Assembly (NCBI GenBank): GCA_047459075.1
Contig: VSCH01000013.1
Coordinates: 3,874-67,873, forward strand
Length of the DNA stretch: 64,000 nt
Reading direction: 5' to 3'
Origin: Acidimicrobiia bacterium
GTDB taxonomy: Bacteria > Actinomycetota > Acidimicrobiia > Acidimicrobiales > VFJN01
Each line of letters begins with the position of its first letter. Position 1 is the stretch's first letter. This document shows positions 37,361 to 47,029 of the stretch, piece by piece. Under the pieces are notes generated by a model that was given only the letters and a program-made list of their open reading frames with translations, ran no database searches and had not been told where the DNA came from. A program made the position numbers and the translations under genes.

Positions 37361-40300
37361 TCAGGGGAGGTGGCGGGCGACGACCAGGGCGACGTCGTCG
37401 GAGGCGACGTCGTTGGGCCCGCGGTGGTCGAGGAGCTCGTCGGCCAGCTCCTCGGCCGTCGTCGCCGCGGTGGCTCGCAGCGTGTCGGCCAGCGTCGCCA
37501 CCGACACGTCGATGGCGGTGTCGCGCCGCTCGATCAGCCCGTCGGTGTAGATGACCAGCGTCGAGCCGGCGGGGAAGGGCAGGAAGCCCGGCGGCCGCGG
37601 CGTCAGCTCGATGCCGAGCACCGAGTGGCGACCGCCGGTGAGGATGTCGACCGAGCCGCCCGGCCGGCGGACGAGCGGCGGCAGGTGGCCGGCGGTCACG
37701 TAGCTGAGCGTCCCGGCGCGGGGGTCGACGACGGCGATGAGCACCGTCGCGTAGCCGAGGTCGTCGCGCACCATGACCTCGGAGGTGCGCACGAGGATGT
37801 CGGGCAGCGGGGTGCCGCCGGCGGCCAGCGTGTGCACGACCGTGCGCACCTGGGTCATCTTGGCGACGGCCGGCACGCCGTGGCCGGTCACGTCGCCGAC
37901 GACGAGGCACAGCCGCCCGCCCGGCAGCGTCAGCGCGTCGTACCAGTCGCCGCCCATGCCGACCGACGGCGCGGCGGGGCGGTAGCGGGCGGCCACGTCG
38001 AGGCCCTCCACCTCCGGCAGGCGGACGACGACCGAGCGCTCCAGGTCGCTGCGGACCTGGTGCTCGGCGTCGAACAGCCGCGACCGCTCCGCCGACTGGG
38101 CACACAGCTCGGCGACGACCCGCACCCGCTCGGCGAGCGCCTCGTCGAAGCGGGGCGGGTGGCGCCACAGCACGACGAGCACGCCGACCGGCTCGCCGTC
38201 GGAGGCCAGCAGCGGGGCGCAGGCGCCGGCCCGCACCCCGGCGTGGTCGAGGGCGGCGGCCAGCTCGCGGTCGGGGACGGCGGCGGTGGACGGGAAGGTG
38301 ACCAGCTCCCGGCGCCGGATGGCGAGGAGGGCGGGGAAGTCGCTGTCCAGCGGCACGACCGGCTCGCGCAGCGCCGCCCGCACGGCCGGCGAGTCGGGGA
38401 GCAGCAGGTGGAGGTCCTCGCCCTCGACGACGCCGACCATGGCCAGGTCGGCGTCCAGCACCGGCGTCGCCTCGGCGATGATCGTGCGGCCGACGTCGTC
38501 GAAGGTGCGGGCCGCCGACAGGAGGCCGGCCAGGGTGGCCAGGGCCGAGGACCGGGCGTGGTCGCGGTCGGTCTGGCGGGCTCGCTGGAGGCTCGAGGCG
38601 CAGATGTCGGCGGTGATGCGCAGGTCGTCGACCAGCTCGGCGGTGAAGCGGCGGGGCGCGTCCCACGCCAGGCTGAGCACGCCGAGGGACCGGCCGTCCT
38701 CGTCGTGGAGGGGCAGGCAGGCGAGGGCCGCCAGGCCGTGCGCCCGCATGAGCTGCTCGTGCTCGGGGAAGCGGGCGGCCACGGCGTCGAGGTCGCCGAG
38801 CAGCACCGGCGCGTCGTCGAGCAGGGCGGCGACGACCGGCCACCGGCGGTCGGGCGGGCGCACGGTGAGGTGGTCGTCGGGGACGTCCTCGTCGCCGTGG
38901 ACGACCCGCAGCGCGGCGCCGTCGTCGGACAGCAGCGCGATGTCGGCGGAGGTGGCGCCGGGGACGTCGGCCGCCCGCCCGGCCAGCGTCCGGGCGACCT
39001 GGTCCGTGGTGGCCGCGGTGGCGGCCGCCTCGGCCAGGCCGGCGAGCAGCCGGCTGGACACGGCGTCCGACCGGGCGCGGTCGCTCAGCCGGGCCCGGGC
39101 CAGCGTCTGGGCGCACATCTCGGTGACGGTGGTCAGGCCGGCGAGGGTCAGCTCGTCGGGCGGGGCGCCGGCCGGCCAGGCGACGGTCAGCGCGGCGCCG
39201 TCCCCGTCGGGCGACGACCCGACCTCCCGCCGGATCACGACCTCGCGCGCCTCGGGCGACGGCTCGTCGCCGTCCGGGGCGCCCGGCGGCGCCGAGCGGG
39301 TCGGGGCGGTGGTGCCGGGCAGCTCCAGCTCCGCCCACCGGGCGCCGAGCGCCGCGGGCACCTCCGCCCGCACGACGGCGGCCAGGTCGTCGACCGATCC
39401 GGCGGCCGCCAGCGACCGGCCGAGCGAGGCGATGCCCTCGAGCAGCTCGACGTGCCGGGTGACGTCGCGCCGGTGGCGCTGGGCCCGCCGCCCGAGCAGC
39501 GCCAGCGCCACGGCCAGCGCGGCGGACCCGGCGACGGTCACCGCCGGCCCGGCGAGCGAGACCGACTGGCGGTCGTCGACGGTGACGAGCCACTCCCGGC
39601 CGGCGACGCGGCGCCGCACGGTGACACCGCTGCCGGGGGCGGGGTCCGACTCGGCGAGCGTCCGCCCGCTGTCGGGGTCGTCGATGCGGATGCCGACCGG
39701 GTCGCCCACGTTCCGCTCGACCGCGTCGAGCACGCCGGTGCCCACGAGGCCGGAGGTGACGTAGCCCACGATCGCCGCGCGCCGGTCGACCACGGTGCCG
39801 GGCGGCCGGCCCGTGCGGTACAGCGGGTGGGCGACGAAGACGGCCGGCTCACCGGACGGGACGGCCGAGATGATGCCGCTCACCGCGGTGTCGCCCGAGT
39901 CGCGGGCCGCCAGCATCGTGGCCCGGCGGACGCCGTCACCGGTGAGGTCGACACCGACCAGGGAGGCGGTCGTCTCCAGGTCCGGCGGCGACACCGCCCG
40001 CACCACCAGGTGCCGGTCCCGGCGCTCGGCCGGCGGCCCGTCGACCTCCTCCCGGATCGGCCCGCCGAGCTCGCGCTCGAGCGCCGGCCGCTGGTCGGCC
40101 GGGACCTCCAGCACGACGGCCAGGGCCCGGAAGGGCGACGACTCGATGGCCGCCTCGGCGTAGGTGGCGAAGGCGTCGAGGTCGACCTCGCCGTCGGGTC
40201 CGACGAGGCTGTGCGCGCCCGCGACGGTGGCCGGCAGCTGCTCGAGGGTGGCGGTGACGACGTTGGCGGTCTGGTCGGCGACGAGGGCCTCCCGCTCGGC

Positions 40301-40450
40301 CGCCTGGTCGAGCGCGGCGCGGTGCAGCCCCACCGCGACGGCGACGCCGAGGACCAGCACGAGCGCCGCGGCCGCGTACCGGGGCCAGGCCGGGGCCGGT
40401 GCCGGGGCGCCGGGTCCGCCGATGGTGGCGCCGCGGCCCGGGGAGGTCAT
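37361..40450 (-). CDS. Membrane CHASE-GAF(n)-SpoIIE/PP2C phosphatase (RsbU-like)
   Basis: Two TM flanking a CHASE-like region (VGVDL..D..RRA....ARDSG), GAF repeats, GGDWYD, GDVTGHG, AGHLPP, YTDGLIE, DDVA. Confidence 0.88.
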   Translation of the reverse strand: MTSPGRGATIGGPGAPAPAPAWPRYAAAALVLVLGVAVAVGLHRAALDQAAEREALVADQTANVVTATLEQLPATVAGAHSLVGPDGEVDLDAFATYAEAAIESSPFRALAVVLEVPADQRPALERELGGPIREEVDGPPAERRDRHLVVRAVSPPDLETTASLVGVDLTGDGVRRATMLAARDSGDTAVSGIISAVPSGEPAVFVAHPLYRTGRPPGTVVDRRAAIVGYVTSGLVGTGVLDAVERNVGDPVGIRIDDPDSGRTLAESDPAPGSGVTVRRRVAGREWLVTVDDRQSVSLAGPAVTVAGSAALAVALALLGRRAQRHRRDVTRHVELLEGIASLGRSLAAAGSVDDLAAVVRAEVPAALGARWAELELPGTTAPTRSAPPGAPDGDEPSPEAREVVIRREVGSSPDGDGAALTVAWPAGAPPDELTLAGLTTVTEMCAQTLARARLSDRARSDAVSSRLLAGLAEAAATAATTDQVARTLAGRAADVPGATSADIALLSDDGAALRVVHGDEDVPDDHLTVRPPDRRWPVVAALLDDAPVLLGDLDAVAARFPEHEQLMRAHGLAALACLPLHDEDGRSLGVLSLAWDAPRRFTAELVDDLRITADICASSLQRARQTDRDHARSSALATLAGLLSAARTFDDVGRTIIAEATPVLDADLAMVGVVEGEDLHLLLPDSPAVRAALREPVVPLDSDFPALLAIRRRELVTFPSTAAVPDRELAAALDHAGVRAGACAPLLASDGEPVGVLVVLWRHPPRFDEALAERVRVVAELCAQSAERSRLFDAEHQVRSDLERSVVVRLPEVEGLDVAARYRPAAPSVGMGGDWYDALTLPGGRLCLVVGDVTGHGVPAVAKMTQVRTVVHTLAAGGTPLPDILVRTSEVMVRDDLGYATVLIAVVDPRAGTLSYVTAGHLPPLVRRPGGSVDILTGGRHSVLGIELTPRPPGFLPFPAGSTLVIYTDGLIERRDTAIDVSVATLADTLRATAATTAEELADELLDHRGPNDVASDDVALVVARHLP

Positions 40451-40767
40451 TCGCGCGACAGCCACGCGTCGACGTCGGTCAGGTCCAGGAGCCGGGCCAC
40501 CTGGGCGGGGACCTCGCGCAGGACCATGGGGACGCCGGCCTCGTCGGCGAGGCGCCGGATGTCGAGCAGGGCGCCGAGGCCGCTCGAGTCGCAGAAGGTC
40601 ACGCCGCCGAGGTCGAGGGCGAGGCGGGGCGGGGGCGGCCCGTCGCGCAGCGCGGCGCCGACCTCCTCGACGAGCGCGGCGCGGACGGTGATGTCGAGCT
40701 CGCCCGACACGCGCACGACGAGCTCCTCCGAGCTCCGTGCCACGTCGGTGTGGAAGGCCTGAGGCAT
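40447..40767 (-). CDS. STAS anti-sigma factor antagonist (RsbV-like)
   Basis: VSGELDI, DLGGVTFCDSSGL with phospho-acceptor Ser; ATGA overlap with phosphatase. Confidence 0.9.
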   Translation of the reverse strand: MPQAFHTDVARSSEELVVRVSGELDITVRAALVEEVGAALRDGPPPPRLALDLGGVTFCDSSGLGALLDIRRLADEAGVPMVLREVPAQVARLLDLTDVDAWLSRE

Positions 40768-40949
40768 GGCTACCTGTGTGGTCGCGCCGGCTCCGCCGGT
40801 TCGGGCTGCCGAATTCTGCCCCAGCGGCGTCGCCTCGGCCACACCTCGCGTGGCGCGCCGGCCCCTGACCGTCGCACCGGGTGCGTACGCTCGTTCGCAC
40901 GCCGCGGGGCGTCCCCCGCCGGGTCGCCGCCACGAGGGAGGATCGCACG

Positions 40950-42245
40950 ATGCAGCAGGGCCCGTCCGCCGACGCCGGTGGGGCCGCCACCGACACGCTC
41001 GTCGAGGCCGCGGTGGCCGCGGCGGTCGCCGGCGCCGCCTCGTCGCACCTCGACGCGCTCGTGCGCCGGGGCGCCGCCGGCGACGGCGCCCTCGAGGTCG
41101 ACCGGGCGCTGGGCCGGGTGCTGGTCGAGGGCGTGGCCGGCGCCTGGCGCCGGGGCTGGCAGCCGGCCGACCTGCACCGCGTCGTCGAGCGCCGGGCCGG
41201 CCGGCGGCACGCGCGGCTGGCGGCGGTGGCCATCGGGCGCGAGGCGCAGCGCCACCCCGAGCGGGCCCTCCCGCCCCGGTGGCGGCTGCAGCTCGACGCC
41301 ATCGGCGCCGACCGGCGCCGGTCCGCGGGTGCCGTGGGGTGGGTGGTGGCGGCCGCCGGCGGTGGGCGGGGCGGCGACCGCGTGCGGCGTGCCGTCGAGG
41401 TGGCGGTGGCCACGGCGGCGTTGGTGCGGTCGCTGCCGCCGCTGCCGCTGCTGGGCCCGGTCCCCGGCCGGCCGGGCGCGACGGACGCCGGTCCGGGCCC
41501 CGGGCCGGTGGGCGCCGGCGCCGACGCGGCACCGGGCGTCGACCCCCGGGTGCTGCGCAAGGTCACGGCGCTGCTGGCCAAGGCCGAGTCGACCACCTTC
41601 GCCGGCGAGGCCGAGGCGCTCACCGCCAAGGCCCAGCAGCTGATGACCCGCCACGCGCTCGACCGGGCGCTCCTCGACGCCCACCGGGGGGCGGGGCCCC
41701 GGGTCGCGGGCCGGCGCATCGGCATCGACGACCCCTACGCCCGGGCCCGCTTCCTGCTGCTGGACGCCGTGGCCGAGGCCAACCGCTGCCGGGCGGTGTG
41801 GACGCGCCAGTGGTGGTTCGCCACGGTCTTCGGCGACGAGGCCGACCTCGACGCCGTCGAGCTGCTGTTCACGTCGCTGCTGGTGCAGGCCACCCGGGCC
41901 ATGGTCGCCGAGCGCCCACCCGCCGCATCGCCGGGGGCGACGCGCTCGTTCCGCCAGTCGTTCCTCGTCGCCTTCGCCGGCCGCATCGCCGAGCGGCTCG
42001 CCCGGGCGGCCGGCGACGAGGTCGCCCGCCGGGGCGACGGCGGCGGCGCCCTCGTGCCGCTGCTCCAGGCGCGGCGCGACGCGGCCGAGGCCGCGCTGCG
42101 GGCCGCGTTCCCCGACGTCCGCACGACCCGGGTGACGGCGCGGGACCGGGCGGGCTGGGCGGCCGGGGTGCGGGCCGCCGACCGGGCCGAGCTCGACGCC
42201 ACCCGGGTGCTCGCCGACCGCGACCCCCGTCAGCTCGGCCGGTGA
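40950..42245 (+). CDS. DUF2786 domain protein
   Basis: KVTALLAKAESTTFAGEAEALTAKAQQLMTRH, ELLFTSLLVQA, RSFRQSFL. Confidence 0.88.
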   Translation: MQQGPSADAGGAATDTLVEAAVAAAVAGAASSHLDALVRRGAAGDGALEVDRALGRVLVEGVAGAWRRGWQPADLHRVVERRAGRRHARLAAVAIGREAQRHPERALPPRWRLQLDAIGADRRRSAGAVGWVVAAAGGGRGGDRVRRAVEVAVATAALVRSLPPLPLLGPVPGRPGATDAGPGPGPVGAGADAAPGVDPRVLRKVTALLAKAESTTFAGEAEALTAKAQQLMTRHALDRALLDAHRGAGPRVAGRRIGIDDPYARARFLLLDAVAEANRCRAVWTRQWWFATVFGDEADLDAVELLFTSLLVQATRAMVAERPPAASPGATRSFRQSFLVAFAGRIAERLARAAGDEVARRGDGGGALVPLLQARRDAAEAALRAAFPDVRTTRVTARDRAGWAAGVRAADRAELDATRVLADRDPRQLGR

Positions 42246-42279
42246 CGGTCCCGGGTGGCCGCCGTGGCGGGCGGCGCGC

Positions 42280-43896
42280 TCAGGCCTGCCCGAGCGCCAC
42301 CTTCGTGGCCCACGGGTAGTCGGCCTTGCCGCTGGGCGAGCGCTGCAGCACCTCGACCAGGTGCAGCTCCCGGGGCACCTTGTAGCCGGCGATCCGCTTG
42401 CGGCAGTGCTCCTGCACCGACTCGAGCGTCGGCGTCATCCCCGGCCGGGGCTGGACGACGGCGGCGACCCGCTGCCCCCAGCGCTCGTCGGGGACGCCCA
42501 CCACGACGGCGTCGTAGACGGCGGGGTGCGACTTGATCGCCGCCTCGACCTCCTCCGGGTAGATCTTCTCGCCGCCGGAGTTGATCGACTGCGACCCGCG
42601 GCCCAGCAGGGTGATCGACCCGTCGGCCTCGACCGTGGCCATGTCGCCGGGGATGACGTAGCGGGTGCCGTCGACCTCGACGAAGGTCTCCGCGGTCTTG
42701 ACCGGGTCGTTGAAGTAGCGCAGCGGGATGTCGCCGGTGCGGGCGACCCGGCCCACGACGCCCGAGCCCGGCTCGACGGGCCGGAGGTCGTCGTCGAGGA
42801 CGACGGTGCCCTCGACCGGCCGCACGGTCGGGCCGCCCTGCATCGCCGTGCGGCCCTTCTCCACGATGACGATGCCGTTGGCGCCGCCCTCCGACGAGCC
42901 GATGGCGTCGGTCATCACCAGGTTCGGGAACCGCTCGAGGAACTGGTCCTTGACCGAGGGCGAGAACACCGCCGCGGTGGACGACAGCGAGATCAGCGAC
43001 GACAGGTCGCGCGTCGAGCTGGGCGGCTCGTCGAGCGCCTCGACCAGCGGCCGGCCCATGGCGTCGCCGGTGATCATGAGCGAGTTGACCTTCTCGGCCT
43101 CGACCAGGCGCCACACCTCGTGGGGGTCGAACTTGGCCATGAGGACGATGCGGTTGCCGAGGAAGCCCTGGCCCATGACCGCCCACTGGGTGGCGCCGTG
43201 CATGAGCGGGGCGACGGGCAGGAACGTCAGCGGGCCGCCCATGCGCTTGCCCCGCTCGGCCAGGTCCTCCGGGCGCTGGGCCCGCTCGCCCGTCAGCACG
43301 TCGATGCCGCCGCCGAGGGCGAAGAGCACGTCCTCGTGGCGCCACACGACCCCCTTCGGCATGCCGGTCGTGCCGCCCGTGTAGAGGATGTAGAGGTCGT
43401 CGCCGGACCGGGGCGGGAAGTCGCGCTCGGGCGAGCCGTCGGCCATGGCCTGCTCGAAGCCGATCGCCGGGACCGGCCCCGGGGGGAGGTCGCCGCCGTC
43501 GGCCCCGATGACGACGCGGTGCTGCAGGTCGGGCAGGTGGTCGACGACGCCGTCGACCCGGTCCGTGAACTCGGCGTCGTGGACGAGGGCCTTGAGCTGG
43601 GCGTTGGAGAACAGGTAGGCGAGCTCGTCCTCGACGTAGCGGTAGTTGATGTTGATCCAGACGGCCCGGAGCTTGAAGACCGCCCACAGGGTCTCGACCC
43701 ACTCGACCGAGTTGAGCCCGTAGATGCCGACGTGGTCGCCCGGGCCGATGCCGTGGGCGGCGAGGTGGTGGGCCAGCCGGTTGGCGCGCGCGTCCAGCTC
43801 CGAGAAGGTCCGCCGCTCGCCGTTGGCCACCAGGTACTCGCGGTCCGGCCAGGTGTCGGCCGCGTGCTCGAACAGGTCGGCCAGGTTGAACTCCAT
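42280..43896 (-). CDS. Acyl-CoA synthetase, FadD19-like (steroid side chain)
   Basis: FNLADLFEH, NINYRYVEDEL, YTGGTTGMPKGVVWRHED, SINSGGEKIYPEEVE, RSPSGK.DY. Confidence 0.92.
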   Translation of the reverse strand: MEFNLADLFEHAADTWPDREYLVANGERRTFSELDARANRLAHHLAAHGIGPGDHVGIYGLNSVEWVETLWAVFKLRAVWININYRYVEDELAYLFSNAQLKALVHDAEFTDRVDGVVDHLPDLQHRVVIGADGGDLPPGPVPAIGFEQAMADGSPERDFPPRSGDDLYILYTGGTTGMPKGVVWRHEDVLFALGGGIDVLTGERAQRPEDLAERGKRMGGPLTFLPVAPLMHGATQWAVMGQGFLGNRIVLMAKFDPHEVWRLVEAEKVNSLMITGDAMGRPLVEALDEPPSSTRDLSSLISLSSTAAVFSPSVKDQFLERFPNLVMTDAIGSSEGGANGIVIVEKGRTAMQGGPTVRPVEGTVVLDDDLRPVEPGSGVVGRVARTGDIPLRYFNDPVKTAETFVEVDGTRYVIPGDMATVEADGSITLLGRGSQSINSGGEKIYPEEVEAAIKSHPAVYDAVVVGVPDERWGQRVAAVVQPRPGMTPTLESVQEHCRKRIAGYKVPRELHLVEVLQRSPSGKADYPWATKVALGQA

Positions 43897-43950
43897 CGGA
43901 TCCCCCCTCGTGACGTGCGGGCCGGTGGGCCCCGCCGCCGGACCCAGTTT

Positions 43951-43964
43951 GTAGCGCACGTTAC
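43951..43964. promoter_or_regulatory. Imperfect palindrome, candidate TetR operator
   Basis: GTAGCG-CA-CGTTAC between divergent fadD and tetR genes, next to TATGCT -10. Confidence 0.45.
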
Positions 43965-43987
43965 GGATCGAGTCTATGCTCGCCACC

Positions 43988-44644
43988 ATGGCCCGGCCGC
44001 GCCAGGCGCGCAGCCTCGAGACCCGCAGCCGCCTGCTGGCCGCGGCCGCCGCGCTGATCGCCGAGCACGGCATCGACGGCGCCTCCGTCGACGCCATCGC
44101 CGAGCGGGCGGGGCGCACCTCGGGCTCGCTCTACGGGCAGTTCGGCAGCAAGGACGGCCTCGTCGTCGCCCTGCTCGACCAGTCCAAGGACGTCGTCGTC
44201 GAGCGCATCCTGGCCGAGATCGAGGGCGCCGCCACGATCGACGAGCGGCTGGCCGCGCTGTGGCGCAACGTCGTCGACCCGCCGCCCGAGGCCCGGGACT
44301 GGGTGCGGCTGGAGCACGAGCTGTGGACCTGGGCCAACCGGCCGGGCAACGAGGCCGCCCGGGACCGGCTCGGCGCCCGCTACCGGGCGCAGTACGCGGC
44401 GGTGGCCGAGGCCCTCGCCGAGTGGGCGGCCGAGGGCCTGATCGACCTGCCGGGGCCGCCGGAGCGGGTCGCCACCGTCGTCGTGGCGACGCTCGTCGGC
44501 CTGGAGATGGCCGCCCGGCTCGACCGCGGGGCGGTCGACGAGGCGACCGCGGTGGCCACGCTGCGGCGCATCGTCGGCGCCTGCGACCGGCCGCCGGTGC
44601 CCGCCGGCGGCGCGCCCGTCCGTCACGCACGAGGGGGGAGCTGA
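43988..44644 (+). CDS. TetR family regulator
   Basis: ETRSRLLAAA..LIAEHG..GASVDAIAERAG.TSGSLYGQFGSK. Confidence 0.92.
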   Translation: MARPRQARSLETRSRLLAAAAALIAEHGIDGASVDAIAERAGRTSGSLYGQFGSKDGLVVALLDQSKDVVVERILAEIEGAATIDERLAALWRNVVDPPPEARDWVRLEHELWTWANRPGNEAARDRLGARYRAQYAAVAEALAEWAAEGLIDLPGPPERVATVVVATLVGLEMAARLDRGAVDEATAVATLRRIVGACDRPPVPAGGAPVRHARGGS

Positions 44645-45849
44645 TGGACCTGGCCGAGATCGACCTGCTCGAGGACACCTGGGCGCGCGGCGTGCCGCAC
44701 GAGGCGTTCGCCCTCCTCCGGCGGGAGGCGCCGGTCTTCTGGCACCCCGAGCCCGACGGCCCGGGGTTCTGGGCGGTGACCCGCCACGCCGACGTCGTGG
44801 CCGTCAGCCGCGACCCGGCCACGTTCTCGTCCGAGCTGGGGGCCACCTTCATCGACACCCAGACCGACGAGGCGCTGGCCCAGCTGCGGCTGACGATCCT
44901 CAACATGGACCCGCCCCGCCACAACCGCTACCGGCGCCTGGTCAGCCGGGGGTTCACGCCCCGGATGATCGACCGCCTGGTGGCGACGATCGAGCGGCGG
45001 GCGGCGCGCATCGTCGACGAGGTCGTCGACCGGGGCGAGTGCGAGTTCGTCGAGGACGTGGCGGCCAAGCTGCCCCTGGAGATGATCTGCGAGATGATCG
45101 GCCTGCCCGAGGCCGACTGGCCGCGGATGTTCGAGCTGTCCAACACGCTCGTCGGCTTCGACGACCCGGACCTGCGGGCCACCCCCGAGGAGGGGGAGGC
45201 GGCCGCGGCGGAGATCTACGCCTACTGCGACGCGGTCGCCGCCGACCGCCGGGCCAACCCCCGCGACGACCTGATGACCGCCCTGGTCCAGGCCGAGGTC
45301 GACGGTGAGCGCCTCACCGACCTGGAGCTGAACCTCTTCTTCGTCACGCTGGTGGTCGCCGGCAACGAGACGACCCGCAACCTGATCAGCCACGCCATGC
45401 TGGCGCTGATCGAGCACCCCGACCAGCTCCGGCGGCTGCGCGAGGACCCCGGCCTGTGGCCGACGGCGGTGGAGGAGATGCTGCGGTGGGGCACCTCCAT
45501 CCACAACTTCCGCCGCACCGCCACCCGCGACACCGAGCTGCGGGGCCAGCGGATCGCCGCCGGCGACAAGGTCGTCATGTACTACATGTCGGCCAACCGG
45601 GACGAGGAGGTCTTCGAGGACCCGTTCCGGTTCGACGTCGGCCGCACGCCCAACGACCACGTGGCCTTCGGCGGCGGCGGGGTCCACTACTGCCTGGGCG
45701 CCAGCCTCGCCCGGGCCGAGATCCGGGCGATCATGCGCCAGCTCGTCGAGCGGCTCGACGACGTCCAGCTGGCCGGCGAGGTGCGCCGCCTGCGGTCGGA
45801 CTTCGTGAACGGCATCAAGTCGATGCCCGTCACCTTCCGGGCCCGCTGA
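44644..45849 (+). CDS. Cytochrome P450, CYP125/CYP124-like
   Basis: GFWAVTR, LNMDPP.H, LVVAGNETTRN, EEMLRW, HVAFGGGGVHYCLG. Confidence 0.92.
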   Translation: MDLAEIDLLEDTWARGVPHEAFALLRREAPVFWHPEPDGPGFWAVTRHADVVAVSRDPATFSSELGATFIDTQTDEALAQLRLTILNMDPPRHNRYRRLVSRGFTPRMIDRLVATIERRAARIVDEVVDRGECEFVEDVAAKLPLEMICEMIGLPEADWPRMFELSNTLVGFDDPDLRATPEEGEAAAAEIYAYCDAVAADRRANPRDDLMTALVQAEVDGERLTDLELNLFFVTLVVAGNETTRNLISHAMLALIEHPDQLRRLREDPGLWPTAVEEMLRWGTSIHNFRRTATRDTELRGQRIAAGDKVVMYYMSANRDEEVFEDPFRFDVGRTPNDHVAFGGGGVHYCLGASLARAEIRAIMRQLVERLDDVQLAGEVRRLRSDFVNGIKSMPVTFRAR

Positions 45850-45902
45850 GGGGCGGGTGCCGGGCCGGCCGCCCGGGCCGGCTCACGGTCTGGCACCGGG
45901 CC

Positions 45903-46367
45903 TCAGACGAGGTCGGGGTGCACGGGGACCTGGCGCAGGACGACCCGGGTCTCGGTCTCGGCCACGCCCGCGTCGGCCTTCATGGCCATGAGCACGGCGT
46001 CGAGCTCGGCCGTGTCGCGGCAGCGCGCCCGCAGCAGGTAGTCGTGGGGGCCGGTCAGGTGGACCGCCTCGACGATGCAGGGCTGGCGGCCGAACCACCG
46101 CTCCAGCGCCTGCCGGTCGGCGCCCGGGTGGGCCCGGACGCCGATGACGGCGTCGAGCGGCCGGCCGGTGGCGGCCGGGGACAGGACCGCCCGGTAGCCG
46201 GTGACCACGCCCCGGCGCTCGAGGCGCCGCACCCGCTCGGAGGTGGCGCTGGTCGACAGCGCCACCCGCTCGGCGAGCTCCCGGATCGAGATCCGGCCAT
46301 CCTCCACCAGCTCCCGGAGGATGCGCCGGTCGATGGCATCGAGCGCAGGACGATCTTCGGCAACCAC
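45903..46367 (-). CDS. Lrp/AsnC family regulator
   Basis: LDAIDRRILREL..DGRIS..ELAERV.LS......RVRRLE..GV. Confidence 0.92.
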   Translation of the reverse strand: MVAEDRPALDAIDRRILRELVEDGRISIRELAERVALSTSATSERVRRLERRGVVTGYRAVLSPAATGRPLDAVIGVRAHPGADRQALERWFGRQPCIVEAVHLTGPHDYLLRARCRDTAELDAVLMAMKADAGVAETETRVVLRQVPVHPDLV

Positions 46368-46426
46368 GGTCGGTAGTGTGGCAGATCAGGTGCCCATCCG
46401 GCGGAACGCCTGTCAGGCTGCCGCCC

Positions 46427-46891
46427 ATGGACGAGCGAGAGGCACGACGGCTGCTGGACGAGTTCGAGCGTCGCACCCTGCCCCGGGCGCGCTGGACCCA
46501 CGAGGCCCACCTCGTCGTGTGCCGGCAGGTGCTGCGCCGCCTGGCCGACCCCGCCGCGGCGCTCGACCACCTGCGCCGGGCCATCCGCGCCTACAACGAG
46601 GCGACCGGCACGGCCAACACCGACACCGGCGGCTACCACGAGACCGTGACCGCCTACTACGTGGGTGCGGTCCACGCGCTGGTGGACCGGTCGCTCGACG
46701 AGCTGGTCGCCCACCCCGCGTGCTCCCGGGCCGCGCCGCTGTCCCACTGGAGCCGGGAGCGGCTCTTCTCGGTGGCGGCCCGCCGGCGGTGGGTGCCGCC
46801 CGACCTGGCGCCGCTGCCGTGGTGGACGCCCGGCCCGGCCGGCACGAGCGGGGCGGAGCACGGCGCGCCCGCCGCGCAGCCGCTGGGGTGA
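46427..46891 (+). CDS. Conserved hypothetical protein (His-rich motifs)
   Basis: WTHEAHL, GYHETVT, HWSRERLFS..ARR.WVPPDL. Confidence 0.75.
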   Translation: MDEREARRLLDEFERRTLPRARWTHEAHLVVCRQVLRRLADPAAALDHLRRAIRAYNEATGTANTDTGGYHETVTAYYVGAVHALVDRSLDELVAHPACSRAAPLSHWSRERLFSVAARRRWVPPDLAPLPWWTPGPAGTSGAEHGAPAAQPLG

Positions 46892-47029
46892 CCCGCGCCG
46901 GCGGCGTTCACCGCGGCACGGGCCCGCATGCCACACTCTGTGGTGGAGGGACCGCGTGATCGAGCTGCAGCGGGACAACCGGGACGGGAGGCGCGACGGT
47001 CCGACCTGCGACGCCCGCGAGGTGCTCCC

